Positions 23,001-34,913 of a stretch of DNA of 34,913 nt are shown here, one piece after another. Position numbers and translations under genes: made by a program. The stretch comes from Blastocystis sp. subtype 4 (Eukaryota), in contig NW_014569419.1 of NCBI RefSeq assembly GCF_000743755.1, positions 1-34,913 on the forward strand, read 5' to 3'. Every line of letters begins with the position of its first letter. The first letter of the stretch is position 1. The notes beneath the pieces were generated by a model. That model had not been told where the DNA came from. It saw only the letters and a program-made list of their open reading frames with translations, and ran no database searches.

Positions 23001-25053
23001 AGTCTTCTCATTCTGATATCATTATTTAGGAATGGAAAGGAGTAGTTGACCTTCTATTCTGGTTGGATGCACATTCCTTACTTCCTGTATCTCAAACTCT
23101 CTTAGATTTGGCAAGTGAAGATAATACTCTCTTCCCAACATTACAAGGAACATGTATACCTAAACAATCAGAAGAACGAGGACTCTGGAATGCCTTATCA
23201 TCTCTTTTTAGTAGTGAAGTGAATACTCTGAACTCTGAATTACGATCTACAATCCAAGAGACTATTCAAGAGTGTGATATTGAAGATTACTTTACAAAGA
23301 GTAGTCGAATGAAAGTCAATTCGTGGATTGTTCTCTTTAAATCGCTCATCTCAAACGATCATATTCATTCTTCAACTTCTGTTGAACGTCTTTCCTCTCT
23401 ATATACATTGAAACTTCACTGGATGGTCTTATTGTTGAGTAAGAATACAGATCGAATTGGGATGGTGTGGGGACTCGTTATTTCATTCCTGGAAAGAGTT
23501 CGCATCACAGCAATGGATCGAGTTGGATTTAATGGATGAGTATCATTCCTAGGACTTCAAATATGTGTTGGAACGTCTTATTGTGGAAACAGCTTCTTTA
23601 GCCAACATTATCTTAGCGAAACCCCAATTAGCTGAACAGGCTCTTTCATTACTATCTCTGTTAGAGCCTATTCCTCCACATATTTGTCTTTCCACACGTC
23701 GTTGTGCAGCTGTCCTATATCTTCTCCCTTCTCTCTATCCTTCTCTAACGACTCCTACGCGTTGGTCACATGTATTTAACCTCTTGCTGGTTGATGCTAC
23801 GAACGATATGGCACGTCCACTGGTTTGGCAAGTTCTCTGTCGTTTGCTTGAAGAGAAGAAAGTGAGTGTGATAAATTTTGTTCTTGTTCTCAAGTGCTGT
23901 TTGCAAACGAGTCTCTTCTTCTTTCATTCTTTCATTTCTAGTTGATAAGAATCGTGATCCAACATGGGGAAAGCAGATCATTGAGTATATGTCCGTCTTG
24001 GTTATGAGAATGATTCTTAGATTCGCTCTGACTACATATATTGTGAGAATGGCTTCAGATTCAATCCATACACCTCAAGAAGTGATCGATACGGTTGATA
24101 ATATTCCTTCGGTGGACCAATGTTGGCTTCAATGTATCTCAGTACTGCGTTCCTTTGCAGATGGTTCTCTTTGGATGGGTGAAGAGGTGAGATATTCCAA
24201 ATTGCTTCATATTCAGATTGCTGAATTTGCTGTAGATCGGTTACAGCGTTGTATTCTCCGTCAAGGTGATGGTGTTCCATCTGGAGTAGCATTGTTAAAG
24301 TGTTTTGATACGATTATGTTAGGTCTGCTCATTCATTACGGTCGGAATGATCGTGAGAAAAGTTATATTGTTGGAATCTTTGTCTCGACTCTCCTTGCTT
24401 CTAGTGACACATTATCAAAACAGCCAGGTTTTTCATCCTACTGGCTTCGAGTGATTGATGCTTTGTGTAAGTATGCTACTCAGGGAGGAAGTCTGAGTGA
24501 GACGACGATTGAGCGAATGAAGAATATGTTATTAGTGATGAGGTTCATGATAGGAAAGGGATTAATGTGTAGTGTGGAAGGACGTTTTGAAGTGATGAGT
24601 GAAGTAGCTGGACAGAATATTATGGAGGCGACTATGACAATGCTTGACTCGTATTGTCCTTCGATTCGAACCGATCTGGAAGGAACATTCAAGGAATCGG
24701 AACGGTCAATGGAGAAGACTCCAGAACCAAAGGAGAAGGTGGAGGAGGGAGTAACAGAGGTATCAAAAGAGGAGGCAAAGGAGCAACTAACAGAAGTACC
24801 AATAATTGAAGCAACAGAACAGTCAACTGAAGTGTCAACAATGGAGATTACAGAGCAGCCAACTGAAACGCCATTGGAGGAATGTGTAAAGGACACTTCG
24901 GAACCCGTGGCTACAGAAGTGGTTGTTGAACAGAAAGTAGACTCTGTACCTGAGAATCTAACAGAAGAACCAGCAGAACAATCAAACGAACCATCTATTC
25001 AAGAGGATGATTTAGTTCATATTATCCCAGATGAAGATCCTCAAGTACAATAA
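20084..25053 (+). CDS. GBF1: Large Sec7-domain Arf guanine-nucleotide exchange factor, GBF1/GNOM/Gea type
   Basis: N-terminal IHCVTGEINAILSQMK; DCB-like YFGPFLDLV..LALSSIDKFI and IANALCNCRFEST; HUS-region LKVQLEVFF; Sec7 catalytic motif FRIPGEAQAIDRIM and LLNTDLHNPGVKNRMTFEDFCRNNRGMNDGQDFP; C-terminal ETTIERMKNMLLVM. TAA is at 25051-25053 and TGTTTGTT at 25075-25082. Confidence 0.9.
24754..24897 (+). repeat. Degenerate 36-nt (12-aa) coding tandem repeat in the Arf-GEF acidic tail
   Basis: TEVSKEEAKEQL / TEVPIIEATEQS / TEVSTMEITEQP / TETPLEECVKDT. Confidence 0.6.
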
Positions 25054-25130
25054 TGATCTGTACCTTTAGATTCTTGTTTGTTAAGGAAGAGACTTATAAG
25101 ATTGCCTTATTGGGCAACAAACACCTTATG

Positions 25131-26501
25131 TCACATTAAAATCGAATCATCTACTTTTGGAATCGCATCAGTTTGCTCATGATCATTCCCTAATTCTATA
25201 TCTGCCGGCTCCATATTCATTCCAGAAACCTTTGGATCTCCAGATTCCCGTGGACTCCATGATTCCTTCCTTGCTTCCTTAGAGTCCTCTGGAACAGCTG
25301 TTGATGGTTGATTTGTAACCGCTTGCTTATAGAATTCATCGTCAGGAACATATGTGATGTCGTTCTGATTAGGCTCGTCTCCATTACAGAAATACTCAAC
25401 ATGAGCCACTGACTCCGAACTCTCATCTGTCAACAAGCTATCATCATTCAGAATCCTCAGATTTTTGAAGTACCGTTGCCTAGAACGGGCAGAGAGCGAA
25501 TTCACATCTACTGCACCTTCAGCGATACTATGATGGGAGATACTGGCACTAGGAACTTGGGATATTGAAGGACTTGGAGGAAGTGAACTATCACCCTGAC
25601 CAGGGATCACCGAGATATTCTCTGTTGTGGGTGTGGAAAAGGGAATAACAGGATGAGATACAGTAGTCTCTTCTTTGGAGGGTGATTGTACGGGGGTGAG
25701 ATTCACAGCAAGAGTTGGCTCTTCTGTATTCTTGTTTTCTGGAGCAACTGTTGAAACAACAATTGGAGCTTTGAGAACCCTATATGTTAGATGAAGACAA
25801 AATACACACGTTTCACGAGGTGGACTGGTTAGAATCTCCAATTTATCTGGTGAAATTGGTTTCAACAACTACAACTCATATTCATAATTAGAGCAGACAA
25901 GATCACTTGGTAGGGACATTCGATTCTTCTTCTCTTCGGAAGCAGTATCGTTCGATAGGGGAGGAACAACCACTTGTTCTTGCGAAAAGAATAATGGGAT
26001 GGAAGACAAAACCACTGTTTGAGTTGAGCTTGCCCTCTTTAAGGCTGTCCGAGCTGGACTGGAATGAGAGGAGTCTTGGTCGATGACATTAACCTCTGGA
26101 CTCGCATTTCCCACATCCATATTATTCAAATCGAGTACAGGAGTTGAACCATTTCTTTCTTCTTGTCTTGTTTCCTCTGGAGGACTATTGGGATCTACAT
26201 CAACACATTCAAATAATAACATACCAATCAATTCAGTACAGTTCGAATCTCTTGGTGTTCCATTCTGAAATGAGAGTTCTCCAACTACAACTTCGACTTC
26301 TTCTTCCTTCACCGAATCAAAGCAGCCCCTGTGTAATAAAAAATCTCGTTGCGAAGGAGTCCTATTAACTAAGTTCATCAGAAATATCCAACAAGGAAGC
26401 CTCAAAAGTGTGCGCTAGATCTTCGAGCATCATAGATAATTTTCGCTACATTCAAAGACAAACCAAATACCTACAAGTCCATTCTCCTCCTTTTCATTCA
26501 T
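25131..26501 (-). CDS. Hypothetical Ser/Pro/Glu-rich, probably disordered protein; 5' exon structure unresolved
   Basis: Abutting ORFs 25131..25868 and 25869..26405 contain 30-nt intron-like segments (e.g. gtatgttattatttgaatgtgttgatgtag). TGA at 25133-25131 is followed 7 nt later by TGTTTGTT (25123-25116). Confidence 0.55.
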
Positions 26502-27183
26502 CCCTCTTTTAATCAGACGTTTCAACAAGCTAGATAGAAATGAATGCTGAGTTCTTTCCTTATTAACGAGATTATGGCTTACTGCCGACTTTTCGGATAT
26601 GTCTATGTTTGCCTATTTCCGTGATTATTTCGTTATCTATCCAATTTTACGCAACATATGTGGTATTAAGTGATAGATATCAATATCTATTTTATAGAAG
26701 AATACTTGAAATCAGATCAATTTGTTTGGAGAATGAGATAAGGAGCCATTAGTATTACGGTTTTATAGTATCATTCCATATCCCATTCATATTTCTTGTT
26801 AACTGTCTTGAGGTAGTTCCTTGATTCTTCACAAGGTGAATGATAGATGGCTTGGCTCTCACTTCAATTCCCTTCTACGGTACTCATTCATAAATGATCT
26901 AATCAGAACCTCACAAGGCAGACACTCCTATAGAATCCAGTAGCGAATTTAGAAACAAAATCATGGTCTTCAGAGCCTCGACAAACTGACCTTCTGTTAA
27001 GAAGGCATTTCTAGCTGATTGACAAGTGATATAATTGAAGAAGAATGAAAACAAAAATCTAGAAGATAGAAAGCCATAATGCAATAAAGAATTCCTAGAT
27101 ACCACAACACAAGATTGTGAAGTCATTCGGTTTCTGGAGTCCAGAATAACTCCTGATTTCTTCAAGAAGCATTATTGCTGAAC

Positions 27184-28982
27184 ATGAAATGTTTAGAGGA
27201 CGCAAATAAGCACAAAGTTATAGAGACAGAGCTGCTCCGTTTGCTTGAGGGTGTTAAGTATTATTGGGGATTGTTGTTGATTGATAGAGATATTGGTGAT
27301 TCTACCTCACTAGTAACATATATGATGGCATTTATCGAACAAAAGCAGGGTTCTATGGACTCCATTCGGCAAAATCTGATTAAGGATACCGAAATCTTCC
27401 TAACATCTGGTATATGATTCTTGTGATCACTTATAAGTAGATGCCGAGCGAGTTGTGAATAGTCTCTTCGAGACAATAAACAGACTGGAAAACCAAAATA
27501 GTGTAGAGGATACTGAAGGTACCCCAGAAACAAATCAACCAGAGAAGGAGAATGAGTCCGAAGTCATCGATCAAGAGAGTGAAGAGGATCGTCGTTCTCG
27601 CTCCGATGATGAGGATCCCGATGAAACTACAAAGTCCCAAACAGTTTCTGTTCAAGCGGCTCAAGTAGAAGTGTGAATTACGTTTCACGACAAGGAACTT
27701 TCTGGAGAGCAGCTCCAACAACGTCGACAACCTCGAAATGTGAAGAACTTACAGAATATGTTTTTGATGCTCAAGGAAATCATGTCGGCAGAGACAACAC
27801 CTCTTCAGAAGGCTCGTCTCAATTTTGCCATGCTCTCAAGTTTGTTCTCGTCCTTAATTTCATTTCTAGAGAATCACGTTCCATTCTGTTCTGTGAAAGT
27901 AATCAACATTCCTTCTGAGAGTCTCGACGTACAAATATGTCTTCTTCATGATTGGTAGGTTATGAAGCTAGCCAAGCACTTCGAGCATTACGGGGAGATC
28001 GTCGATCTGACAGTTCACTTTTGAGCTTCGAATCATGAGTAGATTGAGCCAGACAATACAGCCATTGTGAAATTCGAGAGTTCTCATGCCGCTTACGCAG
28101 CTATGCGATCTCGTTCCGCTGTTTTCAACAACCGTTTCATTGTTGTACAGCCCAATTACAATCCTGAAGATCCTACAACATTTGAGTTGAACCCAGCAGA
28201 GTCTGCAAAGAAGATCCGTAGGGAACAGGATAAGGCTGCATTAGAGAGAGAAGATCGAATGCAGTTGGTGCTGGTAAGACAGCAGATTCAAGCTCAGGAA
28301 ATCTCAACATTGAAAGACTCACTACGTAAGCGTTTGGATCTGTTGAAGAAGTATGCTAAGTTGGCTTTGACGTTACCAGAGAGCCAACGATCATCATTCC
28401 AAACAAGTCTAACAAAAGTGATGGCGAGTGTGTATAATGATTCAGATCAGTTGTATGAACTATTAAAGACATCAGGAAAGGCAGCAAAGATTGGTGATGT
28501 GAATGTCGATGCTGAGTCAGAAGTGAAATCATTTTTATTTGAAATCATTTCAGATTTTGAGAATACTTTTCTCTATGATTCATTGAAAGCAGCAATTACT
28601 GGTCATTTAATCTCATTATTCCAAAAGCAAATGACTTCTATTCATGGAAATACCTCATACAAGCGACCATACGACGAACAATCAGCCATGTATTCAAAAC
28701 GAAATCCAAATCAATTTCAAATCGATAATCGAAGTAGAAAAGTGATTCTGAAGAATCTACCTCTCGATACGAAAGAGGAAGATGTAGTGAATTCATTAAC
28801 TGGTTATTATGGAGTGAAGAATATTACAAAGGATGGATCAGAAGCTATTATTGAGTTTGATCAACCATGGCAAACAAAGAAACCGATCCAACAGGGTTTA
28901 GTAATTAGGAATACAGTACGTATGATTGAGGATCTGTTATGGATAGAAAGTATATCCACAGTTGTTCTATAGTAATATATGA
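27184..28982 (+). CDS. RBM26/RBM27-like RNA-binding protein (PWI + RRM + coiled coil + RRM)
   Basis: PWI-like N-terminus (DSTSLVTYMMAFIE...LIKDTEIFL); RRM1 LAKHFEHYGEIVDL...AIVKFESSHAAYAAMRSRSAVFNNRFIVV (cf. RBM26 EAVLNNRFIKV); RRM2 IDNRSRKVILKNLP. The last 31-nt intron leads to KVYPQLFYSNI-TGA at 28980-28982. Confidence 0.75.
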
Positions 28983-28984
28983 AA

Positions 28985-28992
28985 TCTTTGTT
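28985..28992 (+). terminator. TCTTTGTT variant polyadenylation element of the RBM26-like gene
   Basis: T|gaaa|TCTTTGTT, where the T is the first base of the stop codon. Confidence 0.6.
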
Positions 28993-29035
28993 AGAACACA
29001 CATAAATAGCAATCCCATAAAACAACACAACTTCC

Positions 29036-30780
<1,745 letters not shown>

Positions 30781-30781
30781 T

Positions 30782-30811
30782 CTATAATAAACTAGACATC
30801 TCTATCCTTAC
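30782..30811 (-). other. Probable 30-nt 5'-UTR intron of HSP60
   Basis: gtaaggatagagatgtctagtttattatag (30 nt, GT..AG) ends 1 nt before the ATG. Confidence 0.55.
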
Positions 30812-30864
30812 GAATTAACAATTCAAATACTCAATCGAAAGATAATAAAGGAGAACAAACTCAC

Positions 30865-30879
30865 AGAAGTTTCTAGAAA
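30865..30879. promoter_or_regulatory. Perfect heat-shock element (nGAAnnTTCnnGAAn)
   Basis: aGAAgtTTCtaGAAa lies about 85 nt upstream of the HSP60 ATG, in the divergent HSP60/PAF1 spacer. Confidence 0.75.
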
Positions 30880-31094
30880 GTGGAAACAGAGAAACTGGTT
30901 GTCAACAATAACTCAAACAACAGCAAATGAGAAGCGATGTGATGTGAACATTGTTGGTAAAAGCAGACCCTCTTTCCATTGTTAACGAAGCCGATGGGAG
31001 TGAAATGAATAGATTCGTGTTGATAGAAGTGATTTTCAAGTCCTACAACTCAATTTTCCAACTCTTTCACCCATCTGTGTTCATTCTATTTCTC

Positions 31095-32357
31095 ATGAGT
31101 CAAAACCCTTCACATGTATTTATTCCAGTTGCTACCATAATGCACAGAAACCAGTACAGCGGTCCTCTCAGACTCAATCAAAACAAGTATGTCAAGAAAC
31201 GGATGAATAGGGAATAGGTACGAAATAAAGCACAAGAAGAACAAGTTAAGAATGGTTTTGTATGTGATTTGGAGTTAAGGAACGAGTTTGTGTTTGGCTG
31301 GGTTATTTCTCATTTCATAGTCTGCCTGAGATTCCTATTGGACCGAAGTTTTTGAATATCCCATTTGATAACAGTGGGTACGTGTTTTCCGTGTTTGGAT
31401 GATTGTTATAGTTTGAGTGAGTTTGCTCCGGATTCCTCTGTATACAGCGATTATAAATGGCCAGTACACTTCAGTTTGAAACAAGTTCCTCTTCCCTTTA
31501 TTGGATATGACAAATACTCTCGTAGTTTGTTGTATGAAGTTGAATAAGGCATTAGAACCCGAAGGTGTGAAAAAGACGATTAGTCCTGAAGATGCTGCGT
31601 TGTTTGTGGAGTTGGAGGATGAAGAGTCGAATGTTCGTTCTTCTTCGGAACCAACAGGATCGTGGCTTCGTTTTATGGAATATGGTGATGGTTCAATAGT
31701 GACTCCTCCTAGTTCCCATGAGGCTGCTCTGGCACTAACAGGAATGGAAGAGGAGCGATCTGAGATAACAGAACCAAAATTGGATCGTATTGAGAAGTCG
31801 TTTTCCCATTCTACTCCAGTTCATCGGGATTCTCCCTCTTTGGTTGCAGAGTGTGTTTGGGAGGTATTCCCAGAAGAGTCCTGTTGTTGTTTCGACTACG
31901 GTCTCATTGTGGTTCTGGCTTGGTTGTGTGATGTGTAGCATTATGAAGGTACTCCAGGTGAGGTTGACCGGGATGCTCTTCACAGTACACTCCGTATTCA
32001 TCGTTCTCGAGGTGAGACTACTGAGCATTGCGAACAGTTGAAGGCGTGAAGAGACATTGAAGATGGAGTGGAAACGATCGTTTGTAGGGGCTCGAGTGAA
32101 TCGAATCAAGAGTGAAGCTCGAAGCGAACGTGTGGCTTTGATTTGGGATCCTTCGAGTGATGGTGGTGTTGCTCGCTATTTCCCATTGAATGACGATCGT
32201 ATCTTCTCTCTTACTCGCTGTGTTAGTGATGCTTGTGAATTGTGATCTGTAGAAACCAACTCGGTTGAACGACAATATTGAAGTCGTTGTAGAAGAGGTT
32301 TCTCCGAAAGAAAGCGATTTGTATGATATGTTCCATGTAGCTGAGAACGACAAGTGA
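31095..32357 (+). CDS. PAF1: RNA polymerase II-associated factor 1 (PAF1) homolog
   Basis: GFVCDLELRNEF/LPEIPIGPKFLNIPFD (cf. [25 protein letters not shown]), ISPEDAALF, SWLRFMEY (cf. PWMRKTEY), IEKSF..PVHRDSPSLVAECVWEVFPE. The last exon ends ...HVAENDK-TGA at 32355-32357, followed by TGTTTGTT at 32360-32367. Confidence 0.8.
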
Positions 32358-32359
32358 TG

Positions 32360-32367
32360 TGTTTGTT
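32360..32367 (+). terminator. TGTTTGTT polyadenylation element of PAF1
   Basis: T|gatg|TGTTTGTT, where the T is the first base of the stop codon. Confidence 0.85.
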
Positions 32368-32409
32368 CCACACAGGAATGTTAGGCTTGTAAGAAACAAC
32401 CACCATTCG

Positions 32410-32908
32410 TTACACACTATAATGAGGTATATAGAAATCTGGTTCCTAGCTGTGAAACGAGCGAAAAAAGATCACTTCTAATGTAATGACAGTTCCACAA
32501 GAACAATGAAAATGAGTACATCCAAGAGTATATTTCTAGACTATTCATACATAAAAGACACTACTATGGTATTCTTGCACTGAGGACACTTGATTACAGC
32601 TAAATCGATTAAATCATAGAATTAATCCTACCTTGTGGTGTTTTAATGCCAGCCGTACTTGTATTTGCATAATTCAGCTCTTTGCATACAGGACACTGAA
32701 TCCTGGCACATCCATAGGGGTAAAGAATGTTACTCTACAATATACTGGTTGATTTCCGATTACTTGGCAATGACCACATTGGATAAGAAATCCAGAATAA
32801 CTCTTCACCTTTTCCTTCTCTTCTATCTCGTTTGTGTCAATACTAATTCTCATTCGACTTCTTCATTATGCACTCGACAGTTGTAGAAGCGTTGTTTTCT
32901 GCAGACAT
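32410..32908 (-). CDS. Small LSD1-type zinc-finger protein (115 aa, 5 introns)
   Basis: Removing five 29-32-nt GT-AG introns gives a stop-free frame: MSAENNASTTVDIDTNEIEEKEKVKSYSGFLIQCGHCQSNILYPYGCARIQCPVCKELNYANTSTAGIKTPQAVIKCPQCKNTIKYTLGCTHFHCSCGTVITLEEPDFYIPHYSV*. TGTTTCTT lies at 32398-32391. Confidence 0.78.
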
Positions 32909-33005
32909 TGAAGATTATTGATCTAGCAATTTAATATCTCGTCAACAGAATATAAATGGTATCTGAATATGCTTAGAACTAAACTCATATTTGGATTGGA
33001 TTATT

Positions 33006-33013
33006 CACAAACA
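33006..33013 (-). terminator. TGTTTGTG polyadenylation element of the MFS gene
   Basis: T|aatc|TGTTTGTG, where the T is the first base of the stop codon. Confidence 0.75.
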
Positions 33014-33015
33014 GA

Positions 33016-34585
33016 TTAAGGAACCTGAGAATCAACAGTCACATTTACAACTGCTGAGTTATCTACAGTAGGAGATACATCCATAGTCTTCTGCTTATCT
33101 AAAGAAGCATCCAGGTTATTCTCCAAAGGTTTCAACTCTATATCTTGCTTGATGGGCATTTCTTGTGTATCCAAAAGAGAAACCTTTCCCAAAGTCTTCA
33201 CATCCTTTCTACAAGCCAATGGACTCACTACCAACAGGCCAATGAGAGAGAGAACACTAGAGAAATAGAAGATGGCATCTCGATTCTTCGAATAGATAGC
33301 CGACAATACAAGTGGACAGATAATTAAAGATCCCTGATAACAGAAGTTATTCCAAGAAAGGACTGTTCCCTGAACATCTTTAGAATGAGTAGTCTAGGAA
33401 TGATCAATCCACTTCAAAGTTACACTAATAATGGATACAGACGTAGGAGTAACTAAAGGATATCCAATCCATAGAATGGATGAAGCAATAATTGAACCCA
33501 TCATAGTAGTCGAGGCACTCATTCCAATATATCCTCCAATGGTTATAAGATATCCAACAATACACAAATAAGGAATAGGAATACAGAGTTTTGTAGTTAG
33601 AAGTGGATAGATAAGAACATGCATGATTAGACATACAAGGCTCTGAACCACAACAACGACTCTAATAGTGAATACACATCACATTAAAGACGAATAAGTA
33701 AATGACTTAATCTCGAACTTGTCGGAGAGGTAAATCCCATATCGAGAATCGTACGCACTCGCTGCCCAACGAATACAGAACTCCGAAACAAAACAAGATA
33801 ACATAAGTAGAGTGATACGAGGTTTTACAATACTCTTCTTGGGTTCTTTCTTTTGTTTCTCTAGGATCAAAATCTAAAATCAATTATACTCTCTGTTTTA
33901 CCTCTCCGAGGATTACCTTCCTCGTCTACCAATCCTGGATGTGACTCTTTTAAAATGAAGAGTGCGATAACCATCGCAATTCCTGAAATGACTCCAGCAA
34001 CATACCTAGAGATAAATCCTTTAATTCATACAGACATCGGAAAATGATAGTTGACTTGAGCTAATACTCCTCCAACAGCAGGTCCAATAATATATGCTGC
34101 AGAAATACAACCTTCTAAACGTGTTAGATAGGTATTTCGTTGTTCTGCTGGGATAATGTCTGCAATTACACTAAAGATAAGAGAACAAGACGAACAATAC
34201 GCTTGAACAAGGATCAGTGAACCAGAAAATAGGCCAGTAAAGGAACGCCAAATGATTAGGGAGATGACATCGCGCGACATACCTTGAAAAATAGAACCAA
34301 AGCAGGAACCAAAAAGGGAGAGAAGAATGAATGGTTTTCTTCCATAGACATCACTAAGAGGACCCATAAACAATAAACCTAGGAAAGGAATCTTCATATT
34401 TGATTACTGATAAGTTGAAAAATAGAATACGAGCTGAAAAGTATTCCCTCTTGCATACTGGTTGAACCTAATTCGGTCAACAAAAACGGGAGAACAGGAA
34501 CGATTAAAGCGTTATTCATCGTATCAAAGAAGACGGTGACAAAAGCGATAATCACAATTGTGCGAACGCGCATCTTTGGATTCAT
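33016..34585 (-). CDS. Major facilitator superfamily transporter, DHA1/TetA-like (MFSD9/10/14-type)
   Basis: TVFFDTMNNALIVPVLPF, motif A GPLSDVYGRKP, WRSFTGLFSG..QA/VIADI, AYIIGPAVGGVLA, and multiple TM exons. TAA is at 33018-33016. Confidence 0.9.
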
Positions 34586-34913
34586 TTCTTGTCTATCAGA
34601 TCACTTTAAATGAACTATGATATCCAAATACAAACCTAGAACAGATATCGTGGAAATAGTGATTGACACTTCTCTTTAGTTGTTTGTATTATGGTAATTA
34701 AGAAAACCACTAGACATGCACGACAACTGATCGCATCATTGATCCAGGATTAACGCGGGAATTCAATAGTTGATACAGTGGATTGTTAATATTGGATTGA
34801 TGATGTGAGGATAAGAATGTGTTATTGAAAAGGGTTAGTGAAAGAAATAAAAACAAGAACGGTCATATCTAGTGGAAAGCGCCCTAACCCGTCTGATCTA
34901 GGAAGCTAAGTCA

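Noticed and set aside
33016..34585. TetA-like MFS gene as a horizontally acquired resistance gene
   Set aside because: It has multiple introns and host-like composition, and DHA1-like MFS proteins are ubiquitous in eukaryotes. No phylogeny is available to support transfer.
34882..34890. CCCTAACCC, a 1.5-unit telomere-like sequence or possible telomerase RNA template
   Set aside because: It is a single 9-mer at the window edge with no array or supporting structure, so chance cannot be excluded.

Overview
This is gene-dense eukaryotic nuclear DNA, not prokaryotic. Three features point to the gut stramenopile Blastocystis: many GT(GC)-AG introns of about 28-32 nt (mode 30), intergenic spacers mostly under about 330 bp, and a TGTTTGTT-type element at nearly every gene 3' end. 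I spliced the genes by eye and recovered about 15, in order: a CG-1-like DNA-binding protein, mitochondrial mL43, a single-pass receptor-like pseudokinase, a CXIP4-like zinc-knuckle protein, a large BEACH/WD40 protein, a small secreted cystatin-like protein, an LRR-like protein, SMC4, a GBF1/GNOM-type Arf-GEF, a low-complexity hypothetical protein, an RBM26/27-like protein, mitochondrial Cpn60, PAF1, an LSD1-type zinc-finger protein and an MFS transporter. Three of these (mL43, cystatin-like, LSD1-like) do not appear in the ORF track because introns fragment them. In 7 genes a T or TG in codon position 1(-2) lies exactly 4 nt upstream of the element, so poly(A) addition would complete the stop codon. 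The BEACH gene has no genomic stop before the next gene. In the LRR-like gene, poly(A) would expose a C-terminal CaaX motif (CTVQ). All exon boundaries and family calls come from manual reading, with no database search.
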